Assembly (NCBI GenBank): GCA_965112735.1
Contig: OZ218950.1
Location: 1,488,001-1,552,000 of the forward strand
Direction: 5' to 3'
Source: Phaeosaccion multiseriatum
Lineage: Eukaryota > Protista > Ochrophyta, other classes
DNA: 64,000 nucleotides
The translations under genes and the position numbers were made by a program. The notes beneath the pieces were generated by a model, which was given only the letters and a program-made list of their open reading frames with translations, was not told the origin of the DNA and made no database searches. Below, piece by piece: positions 52,401 through 62,875 of the stretch (positions within the stretch are counted from its first letter, which is position 1; each line of letters begins with the position of its first letter).

Positions 52401-52472
52401 ATCGGGATCTTTGAGCCGGAACATCTTCGGGACCAAGAGAGCCTGCGTCTTCTGGGAGCACGCAGCCCCCAT
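49418..52472 (-). CDS. Leucine-rich-repeat protein (plant-type LxxLxLxxNxLxGxIP repeats) with N-terminal MG..C acylation motif and SAM-like segment, ~5 exons
   Basis: MGAACSQK start; SAM-like ITGEFLLDHL...LAQIGITNKAHVEDII; cap CSWTGV; about 9 LRRs such as LDLASNGLTGTLP and LNLSGNDFEGTIP. The start codon is uncertain. Confidence 0.8.
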
Positions 52473-52860
52473 CGCCCTAAACACATGAACAAGAAGCAAC
52501 AACAAGAGCGAAGCAAGACGACACAATGTTTAGAGTGACGGTCCCGCCAAGTGCTGAGGCAAAGGAGAGCACAATCACTTGTTACCATTGGGAGCAAGAA
52601 GACCAAGAAGAAGCAAGCAAGCAGCCAACAAGCAAGCAGCCAAGCAAGGGCTTGGTAAATTGAACCGAGCCAACAGAAACTTGGACAACCAACACGCAAC
52701 CTTCATAGCTCTCTCTTAATTTCCAGATTTCCATCATCCTTTTCCCCTCCTCTCGATGCCCTCCTCTCGAAAAGAGAGAAGAGGGAGAGCAGAGACGAGA
52801 AGACAAGAAGAGGAGGTATGAAGAGGGGAGGGGATTAGTAAGGTAGACGGACTGCTGGAC

Positions 52861-54503
52861 ATGCATTGGAGAGGCTTCTGTGTCGGGATGCTCATTCTAC
52901 GATTGTCCGGCGCACGCGCGTGGCAATTCTCGAGCAGCAGAAGGGTTTTCACGATGATGGCCGCCTCACCGCAGACTCAGCAGCAGACTTTTCGGACAGA
53001 GGTACTCGTAGACTGCTGCCTCAAGGATGCACACAAGCTGCAGCACGGGGATGCAGTGACTCTGATCGGGAGCTGCTTCAGCGATAACATTGGACGCAAG
53101 ATGGCCCGCGCCAAGTTCGACGTTCAGGTGAACCCGCACACAGGAACGACATACAATCCAGTGACAATTTCGAAAACTCTGAAGAGGCTTCTGCCCGCGA
53201 GCAGCAGCAGTAGTAGTAGAGGCAGCAACGACGACGGGCCTACGAGTACGCGGATAGAGGTTCAAGAGGTGACGGAGCAAGACCTCGAATTCAACACTGT
53301 CACTGGCTTGTACTGCCACCTCGACTACCACAGCTCCTTTTCGAGCACCAACGCCCAGGCCTGTGCTCGGGCCATCAACGAGGCAGCGACGCGCACAAGG
53401 AAGCGCCTCATGGAAAGCTCGCACGTTTTCATCACGCTGGGCACCGCGTGGGTATACACGCACCGAGGGAAGGACAGCATCGTCGGGAACTGCCACAAGC
53501 TGCACCCTTCTTTATTCGAAAGGAGGCTCCTGCCGGTGGAGGAGGTGGTGCGCTCGCTCCGGTCGGCGGTGGACACCCTCGCCCAGCTCAACCCCTCTGC
53601 CCACGTCACCTTCACAGGTCAGGCACCGATACATCTCTTCTCTCCGCTCTCGCTTTCACTCTCTCTCTCTCTCTTTTTCTCTCTCTCTCTCCATCTCTCT
53701 CTCTCTCTCTCTGCATCCCCATGAGGCAGGCAGATTGCGATGCGCCCGCTCGCGCCTCTCCGTTCGCTGTGAAATGCTGCCGTCCACCGTATACCCCGCC
53801 GGTGCCCCCGTCCCTTGTGTGCTGCTTGCTCTTTCACTCTTTGTCACACCCCCCCTGGTCTTCCGGTCTTGCCCTCACCCAAGTCGTCCTGCGTTTCTTG
53901 CCTTCTCTTGCTCTATGTTTTCTCTTCTTCTCAGTCTCCCCTGTCCGCCACTGGAAGGAAGGTGCAGTGGGCAGCAACAGGAGCAAGGCGCATCTGTTAG
54001 CGGCGGTGGGGCAGATTGTGGATGAGGCAGAAGAATGTGCCCGAGCAGCATCAACAGCAGCAACGGCAGGAGCAGCAGCAGCAACACCACCGACCGACGG
54101 GAAAGGGCGAGGGGCAGGAGGAGGAGAAGGAGGACAGGGAGGAGGACGGCGGCGGGGTCAAGTGACGTACTTTCCTTCGTACGAGATAGTCATGGACGAC
54201 CTCCGAGACTACCGCTTCTACGAGAGAGACCTCCTGCACCCCAACGAGCAGGCCGTGGACTACATTTGGGGCAAGTTTGTTGCTTCGTACTTGGCAACCG
54301 AGTCGAGGGCCTTGCTGGGCAGGGTGGAAGCCCTTGTGTCTGCCGTCGATCACCGGCCTTTCAACCCTCACAGCCCGGCGCATCAGCAGTTCCTCCAGGC
54401 TCAGCTGCGGAAGATCGACGCGCTGGAGAAGGAGCGCATTCGAGGCTTGGACCTATCGGAGGAGAAGCAGCACTTTGAGAGCAGTCTGGCAGTGGTGCCG
54501 TGA
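52861..54503 (+). CDS. GSCFA-family (SGNH-hydrolase-like) protein with probable targeting peptide, 2 exons
   Basis: LIGSCFSDNIG, YNPVTI, FITLGTAWVY, VGNCHKL, TVSPVRHWKEG..NRSKAHL, YFPSYEIVMDDLRDYRFYERDLLHPN. Intron at about 53618-53934. Confidence 0.9.
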
Positions 54504-55426
54504 GCGTGGAAGGGAAGGAGAGCAGCGGCGGGCGGGGCGGGGCCTCCCGGGCCTTCGTCCGTCGGAAGAAGGAGGGAGTAGGGATGGCACGACAAGGCTC
54601 CTCGGGGCGGAGTGAATGGTGCCTTGGCCGCAATCGCTCTCTCGTTGATCCCATTGTGGGGCCTTTCGTTGCGCAGAGGGAAGAAGCACGGGCGCCTCCA
54701 CTCCAGCCAAGCCCAACAAACCACCGGGTTCGAGCTTCCGACCCAGATCTGGTGGGCTCTCGGTAAGCATACATGGAGGCTGGCCGACTCACAACAAACT
54801 AGCACTGCGAAAGGGGGCGTGCCCCCCAATCTTCACACATGAGTACAGAGTCAGTCGATGGATTGGCGATGGAACTGGGCTTCTCTGTGTACGGTAGCCC
54901 TGCCCCTGCCCCTCGTCGTTCTTCACGCCTCACGGACAGCCCGAGGCATCGCCCATTAGGCACCAGTATTTTCCTCTCTTCCTCGTCTCTCTACTTGGAG
55001 ACCCAAATGAAGCGAGTATTGTTGGTAAACCATTTCATTCAGTTGCTTTTAAAAGTACAAAATTCAGAGTGTTAATACCTAAGAAGAGTGCTTTAAGTGG
55101 GGACAAAATTGACAACACGCAAAATTTTGATAGTGCTACACGTGAGAGTCAGTGCTTCCCCTTCGCTGATGCGATAAGCCATCAATAAACCACAGAAGAG
55201 CCGAGGCGCGGGGGAGACAGGGGAATACTTCGTCCTCCATCCCTCTCCTCCACCCCCCCTCACACCCCCACCTCCACTGCCGAGCCTCTTTCCCTCCCTC
55301 CAGACACGCATCCACCGCCGCGCGTCAAGTAAATGAACTAAATGAGAGAAAGCCAAAGAAAAACCAAACCAAAGCAATTAAACGTTAGCCCAGAGCCGAA
55401 CGAAGCTGCACTCCACTCCACTACAC

Positions 55427-57079
55427 CTACATGGCTGGGAACTCTGTGATGAACTCCGTTGCCACCTTGTCCAAATGCGTCAACACCTCCCATGTCCCCT
55501 GCCAAATTCCCGCCTCATGGTAGTGCACTTCCCACTCCTTGCAGAAGGACTTGACCATGGCGTGCGTCTTCGGAAGGTTGTGGCGGGGGATTTGGGGGAA
55601 GAGGTGGTGATCCACCTGATACTGAAGCCCTCCACAGAACCAATCGACGAACCAGTTGGAGGTCACGTTGCGGGTCGTGGTGACCTGCAGCTTCCAGAAA
55701 TCGGGTCGGTCCACGGCGTCGTAGGTTGCCATACCGTTGTGCCCCAGGCCAAACACCAGGGCCAGCAGCAGCCCACACACGCACTCGCTCACGAGGAAGA
55801 AGAGCACCGCCTCACCCAATCCCAGGTTGGCGTACATGAGTCCGAACAACCAACAGTAGTGCACAATGAGGCCCAGCTTCTCTGCCACAGGGTACTGGCT
55901 GCGCTGCAAGTCTTCTGTCGCGCCCTTGGTGGCCCAGATGCCCCCTCCTACGCTAAACACATTGCCAAAGCTCTGCAGCAGCCAGCTGATGCGCGCGATG
56001 AAGAGAATGGGGAAATACAGCACCATTTGATGAGAGATGATCCATCGAGACCTGCTACAATCCTTGATCTGGGAGGCCATCTTCACAGACCAGGCCAGCA
56101 GAGGCATGGTGTCCATGTCGGGGTCGCCGTCGTGTGCGTCTGGGCAAGACTCATGAAGGTTGGGCACGGCGTGGTGTGCGTTGTGCTTGGTCTTCCACCA
56201 CGAGGTGCTAAAGCCCTGCGCCACATTGCCCCAAAACACGCCCGCCATGTCGCCAAAGTAACGGTTCTTGAACACCTGGTGGTGCAAGAAGTCATGCGCC
56301 AGCCAGCCGCACTGCTGCCAGAACACCGCGAGGAGCAACGCGCCGACAAAGTGCATGGCCACCGACTCGAAGCACAGCACACATGCGCACGCAGCGCCCC
56401 ACAGCGCCAGCTGAGAGCCGCACTTCCAGAGGTAGTACAAGGGGGAGGCATTGTACATGCCCATGATGTAGAGCTTGCCCCTCAAGTCCCTGTAGGCCTG
56501 CTCGAATTCCCTCTGCGACTTGGGCTTGGCTACGATTGACTTGTTGTCAAGCTCACCGATGCAAAACGGTGCCAGTGTGCTGTACGCTGAGGGCGGGTGG
56601 AAAGCTGCAAAAATGTCCGTAAAGTCGTCACCCGCGTGGGTGAAGATGACATTCCCTCCCGGGTGCTGCTTCCAGCCACTGACGTCGTACACCTTATTCT
56701 TGTACACCATCCACGCGTCAGCGGGTGTGCGGTGCTCCTTCACCTCCTGCAAAAAATACGAATCAACGGTCGGGAGAGAGGGGGCAAGAGGTCGTGGTCG
56801 AGCGTTAGTTGCGAGACGTATTAAGGTAGAGAAGATCCTTCACTCAGCACAATCGGCCTGTCTGAGACTCCCCATGTTTTATATCTCTCTCTCCTATCGC
56901 GTCACAAGCGAGTGCGTGCCCCGGGTAGAATTTCGAACAAGCGCCGATCTTGAAGCTTTCCCCGCATGATCCGTCCTTCTCACCTCCATCGTGATCTTCT
57001 TCAAGCCTCCGTCCGGCCCCCCGTCGCCACTGGGCATCCATTGCGCCGAGTCCGACCCCTTGCCTGCTCCTCGCCCCAT
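55427..57079 (-). CDS. Front-end fatty acid desaturase (delta-6 type) with N-terminal cytochrome b5 domain, 2 exons
   Basis: HPGG heme motif and His boxes HDFLHH, HNAHH and QVDHHLFP. Exons 57079-56984 and 56746-55427. Delta-6 regiospecificity is inferred from overall resemblance. Confidence 0.92.
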
Positions 57080-57673
57080 GGTTCCCTAAAAACGTGGATG
57101 ACGAGGGAACAAGGAAATCCCGCCCTTTCGCTCCCCGTGCTTTGTTTCTACCGACTGTGAAGAGCGCAGCAAAAGATCGAGAAAAGCAGGTCGTACGCTG
57201 TTATTGCTCGTTCCTCTTCTCCTTCTTAGGGGGTGCGAGAGCTTCTTCTCTCTCGTGAGGGAATGGGAAAAACCTTGCCCTCTTGCCCAATCCCCAGTGG
57301 GTGGCAAGTTCAGGTGATGTCAGAAAAGCCAGCAAAAAGAAACTCAAACTGCCGATTGAGACTCATGTAACGGTTGTGGGACGTTGTGAAGCGTTTTGTG
57401 AGGCCCCACCACAACGGACACAAAGAAGCCGGGAGTCGAAAGTGAGTGTCAGATAGTGCATAAGGTCAGCAGTGAGCTGGGAACAGTGAGAAGCAGTAAC
57501 AGAAGTGAAGGAGAAGAAGAGGCGAGTGAGAGAGAAGAAGGGGAGCGGGGGAGAGGAGGAGAAGGGGGATCGAAGAAAAGAGGGAGGCGTTCTTCTAACC
57601 TGCGCTTCCTCCTTTTTTTTTCTTTTTTTTTCAGCGACCACAGCAGCAGCAGCAGCATCATAGCAGTAGCACC

Positions 57674-60600
57674 ATGCTCTCTCGCGTGGCACTCAGAGCT
57701 TCCGTGGTCCTGCGGACACCCACACCCGCCCTGAATGGCGCCCGGCGCGGACTGGCATCCTACGGAGGGGGTGTCAAGCGGAACATCAGTCAGAGCACAG
57801 GGGTGCGCTCGGCAGTGATGGAGGAGGACCTGTCGGATGACGCTATGCGGCCAGCCACACTGGACGTGAACATCGACCCCTCCTGCATCGTCAACTCGCA
57901 CACAGAGTGGGACCCTTTGGAGGAGGTCATCGTCGGTCGCGTGGAGGGCGCGACTGTGCCAGAGTGGCACGTGTCAGGGAAGGTGAGGAGGGCGGCAGGC
58001 AATACCGATGGCGGGTGGGTGCGGAGGGTTGGGTGTGGAGAAACGGGGGGGGGGGGGGGGTGGGGCCGTCGGAGGAGGAGGAGAGGGAAGCTTTGGCAAC
58101 AATCGATACCACGTCCGATGTTCTCTGCACTTTATGGTCGACGCTCTCTGCCCGGCCCCAAAGCAAGCAAAGCCCCATCTTCTCTCTCTCTCTCTCTCTC
58201 TCAGCCCACTCATCTGTGCTGTGATGCTGCTGCTCCTCTACTCCTCCTCCCTTGCGCTCACTCAGGCGGTGTGGCCACAGGGAACGTGGGACATGTACAA
58301 GACGCAGACAGGGGAGCCCTTCCCTCAGCACCTCATCGATGGAGGTACGACTGACTGACTGAATGACTATCTGACAGCCTGTGCCTGCCTGACTGACTGA
58401 CTGCCTGGTGGCCGACTGACTGACGGACCCCTTTCTTCGATTTCTGTCGGTTCTGTTTCCATGGCACCCTTCCTTCCTTCCTTCCTTCCTTCCTTCCTTC
58501 CTTCCTTCCTTCCTTCCTTCCTTCCTTCCTTCCTTCCTTCCTTCCTTCCTTCCTTCCTTCCTTCCTTCCTTCGTTTCTTCTTTCGTTCCTTCCTCCCTCC
58601 CTCCCTCCCTCCCTCCCTCCCTCCCTCCCTCCCTCCCTCCCTCCCTCCCTCCCTCCCTCCCTCCCTCCCTCCCTCCCTCCCTCCCTCCCTCCCTCCCTCC
58701 CTCCCTCCCTCCCTCCCTCCCTTTCTTCCTTCCTCCCTCCCTCCCTCCCTCCCTCCCTCCCTCCCTCCCTCCCTCCTTTCCTTCCTTGCCTTCTGCAGCC
58801 GCCGCGGAACTGGACAACTTGGCACATGTGCTCGAGCAGGAGGGAGTCATCGTGCAGCGCCCTGAGGCACGCGAGGGAGACTTTAACCAAGCGGTCAAGA
58901 CACCGGACTTTGAGTCGCCCACGCAATTGTATGCAGCCATGCCCAGGGATGTGCTTATCGTCGTTGGCAATCAGATCATTGAGGCACCCATGGCGTGGAG
59001 ATCGAGGTATGGTTGGGTAGCGGCGAGGGGAGGAGAAGGAAGCAGGGGCGGCAGCGGCCTAATTGACTGATTTAACTGACTGAGTGAGTGAATGAGTGAG
59101 TGAGCAAATGACGTGACTACTGAATGACTGAGTGAGTGACGGACTGACTGACTGACGGAATGTCTAAGGGACTGACTTGTCTGTCTGACTTACTAGTACT
59201 ACCTTGACAAATCCTTGACCTTGACCTTGGCCTTTACTGACGCAACTCCTCTCTTACCCCTCTGCGTGGTGTGTTCCCTTCACTCCTCCCTATCACCCCA
59301 CCCTACCGAAAAACAAAGGTTCTTCGAATACCGCCCCTTCCGCAAGCTCATCAAGGACTACTTCATGAAGGGTGGTGTGTGGACGGCCGCCCCCAAGCCC
59401 ACCATGTCGGACGATCTCTACGTCCCCGAGAACGAGTGGCAGGAGGGCCCAGGCAAGTTCGTGGTCAATGAGTTTGAGCCCACCTTCGATGCTGCGGAGT
59501 TTACACGCATGGGAAAGGACATCTTCACACAGGTGGGTGGGTGTAGTAAGGCAATCTGTGGGTTGGTTGGGTGTGAGTGGGTGGATGGGAGTTGGGGTGG
59601 GTGGGTGGGCGGGAGGGAGGGAGGGAGGGAGGGTGAGCTCTAGGAGCTAAACTTAACCAGTACTCTTGCTCTCCCCCCTCTCCATTCCCCTCTCCTTCCC
59701 TCCTTCCCTCATGCCCTCCTACCCTCACGCAGAGGTCGCAAGTGACGAACGAGTTCGGCATTGAGTGGATGAGGAGACAGCTTGGACCGGAGTACAACAT
59801 CCACGTCCTCGACTTCCAGGTTAGTTTGTTAGTTATATAGCTGTGCGATACATAACACCCATACACACGCACACACACATACACGCATACACATACACAC
59901 AGGCACTTGCTCATTGTTCGTGAGATATGGATGCAGTGATGTTGTGGGCCGGTAGTGCGTACCTCCGATCTCAATTGAGGCTCTACCGTTGGGCGTCACA
60001 CCCCTCCATTTGCGCCTTCCTTCTCCCCCTCGTTTTCGCGTCTCTTGGATACTGCTCTCATCCCCTCCCTCCTCCCTTCCTCTCTCTCTCTCTCTCCCTC
60101 CCTCCCTCCCTCCCTCCCTCCCTCCCTCCCTCCCTCCCTCCCTCCCTCCCTCCCTCCCTCCCTCCCTCCCTCCCTCCCTCCCTCCCTCCCTCCCTCCCTC
60201 CCTCCCTCCCTCCCTCCCTCCCTCCCTCCCTCCCTCCCTCCCTCCTTCCCTCCTTCCTCCTTCCTCCTTCCCTCCCTCCCTCCCTCCCTCCCTCCCTCCG
60301 ATGTGCTGTCGCGCAGGACAAGAACAGGTAGGAAACAGGACCAACAGTGCGTAAGCAGAAACCTGCCGAGGAGGAGGGAGGAAAGCGGATGAGACAGCAT
60401 CCAAGCATTGATCTTCGTATCCTCACGTTTCTCCTTCCCCTCTGCTCTTGCTCCTTGTTTGCCTTCTCCCATATGCCTCCTCGTGCTTACTCTTTCCTTC
60501 TCCCCACACAGCATGCATATTGACGGTACATTCGTGCCTCTCGGACCCGGCAAGGTAGGCCTTGGGGTGGGGTGAGCACAGGGAAGAGGGATGAGAGGAG

Positions 60601-61679
60601 GAGGGGGGATAGAGAGGAGGAATCTCCCCTCCTTCCTGCTTTCCTCCCCCTCGTCATGCTGCGCGCTTGCTAAGAGTAACGTTGTACCTCTCTGCTGTGC
60701 CCCACCTCCTGCTCTATCACCAACTGCTGTCTCACAACATGCTACTGCATCACCAACGGTTGTATCACGAACTGCCGTATCACCAATGTTGCAGGTGCTA
60801 GTGAACCCCAAGCGGCCCTGCATTACGGGGGAATCGCACAGCTTCTTCAAGTATCAGGGAGAGACAAGGGAGTATAAGCTCCCCGCCATGTTCAAGGTGA
60901 GGGGGGAGAGCAGCTCCGGGGCCACACACGCACACACACACATACGCACACCCTCGACACACACACACACAGAGAGAGAGAGAGACAGACGCACACATGT
61001 ACACACGCAGACACACGCGCACCAGTGCCTCTTCTCAAAATACCCCTCCCTACCCCTTTTCTGGCGGTCGTGATGCAGTGCAAAATCGATCCATGTATGT
61101 TAACCTTAGGTCTCTCCTTCCCTCCCTCCCTCCCTCCCTCCCTCCCTCCCTCCCTCCCTCCCTCCCTCCCTCCCTCCCTCCCTCCCTCCCTCCCTCCCTC
61201 CCTCTCTTATCCGCTTAAGGGCTGGGATGTGTTCGTGGCCCAAGAGCCCGTGCTGCCCAAGACGCACCCCCTCTTTTTCACATCGCCGTGGACTGCCACC
61301 GCTAACGTCATCTTGCTTGACGAGAAGCGCGTTGTGGTAGAGGCACACGAGGCCCCAACCATCAAGGTAGGGATGGGCGGGGTGGGGAGGGTAGGGTAGG
61401 GTAGGAGCGAAGATGATGGTGATGGTGGTGCACGCACTGGAGATGGAGGAGGGGAGGGGGGGTCGGCCCTCTTGGCTCTCTCTCCCTCCGTCCCACACAC
61501 ACACACGCATACACTTTCTTACTTGATGTACACTACCTGCATATACACAGGCCTTTGAAGACTGGGGCTTTGAAACCATCAAGGTGCCCTTCCGCCACTT
61601 CCTGCCCTTTGGAGGAAGCTTCCACTGCGCCACGTGCGACATTCGGCGACGCGGCACTCTACAGTCCTACTTTGACTGA
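57674..61679 (+). CDS. GATM: L-arginine:glycine amidinotransferase (AGAT) with mitochondrial-type presequence, 10 exons
   Basis: [51 protein letters not shown] (catalytic Asp), NSMHID (His), GGSFHC (Cys), [13 protein letters not shown]. Exons 57674-57982, 58266-58344, 58799-59006, 59319-59532, 59733-59819, 60317-60327, 60512-60554, 60795-60896, 61220-61366, 61551-61679. Confidence 0.95.
58470..58790. repeat. Long intronic (CCTT)n/(CCCT)n microsatellite (similar tracts at ~33290-33440, ~60095-60300, ~61120-61205)
   Basis: Directly visible tetranucleotide arrays ending just upstream of 3' splice sites. Confidence 0.95.
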
Positions 61680-62691
61680 GAGTAAAGGACTGAGCAGAGA
61701 GGGCAACACAGAGCAATAGAGAGCAGAGCCGAGCAGGAGAAGGTATGGAGGAGAGGCAGCGATGGTAGTCAATGCCAATGCAAGAAAGGGTCACAAGTTA
61801 AGTATGCAATGAGGCTGAGCCAGTCGTCACTTGTGGCTGAGGAGGAGATGCAGGCGATGGCAGTCAATGACAACGCAAGAGAGGCAGTACACTGTGAGTG
61901 AGAAAGGGAACAGGCAGCAAGGGGCAGTCCTTTGAATGAGCAGCAAGACAGAGAGACAGCGACGGAAACATGCAGCCCGGTTAGTTGCCGTGCTTGCAAT
62001 GATTGCCATCGCTCGTCTAGTGGAGAGGATTTGGGTTTACATAGGGTTCTTTCCACCCACAGTCGATGACAGTTGCTTTGGTCTATGTCGTGTGGCACAC
62101 ACACACAGACACTCACATACACACAGACACTCACATACACACACACACCCACACACACACACGCTGGCCGAGCTCTGGGTTCAATCCTCTCCCTTGGCAG
62201 GTGGGTACGCTCACTCTCCCCATCGTTCGGGTGAATGGATGCCTGGACGGATATCCGTTTTGAGGCTTTGGGAAGCAATGTCCGTCCAATTTTTCAACGC
62301 ATACATATATATATATATATATAGTACACATATATATATTGATGTACCAAACTATTCACAGCTTGTGTTGTGCCATTAATCGTGCCACTTGCTCTACCCA
62401 GCGCGCCTGTTGTGATAAGGATACAACAGCACGCCTCGTATAATAGAAAGACGGGCCAGGTAGTAAGTAGGCCAGCAGCTACGCGAGCAGGGCAATTCGT
62501 CTCTTGCGATTGTGATTTTTGACTCTCTTCCTCTCCCTTTCCAGCGCTCATTCCATCCTACGACGGGAGCCCAAGGACGGACCGAACGCTCTCCGACCGC
62601 TCGCTGTTCCAATGCAGTGCAACATGCGCGAAGGGGCGTTGTTTTTCTGTAACGGCAACCCGCTTTTGCTCTTATGATCGCCGTCCTATCA

Positions 62692-62828
62692 TCAGCAAAT
62701 GGAGCATCTGCCGCCGCAGCCTATTCCGCCGCCGGATAGAATGGACGCAGTCGGCGGTGTAGTGCCCTCTTTTGAGTAGAACAGCTTGGACGAATACACC
62801 GTCTGGAGACAGAGACGGGACAGAGGGA

Positions 62829-62875
<47 letters not shown>

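Noticed and set aside
57927-60850. Long EGGR/PPSL/KEGR repeat ORFs, and antisense ORFs such as 1341-2987, 28992-30032 and 55475-56539
   Set aside because: These are translations of intronic microsatellites or stop-poor antisense shadows of real GC-rich exons.
52861-61679. GSCFA, desaturase and amidinotransferase as a biosynthetic gene cluster
   Set aside because: Different predicted compartments, no PKS/NRPS or tailoring genes, and housekeeping-type neighbours. Adjacency alone is not evidence.
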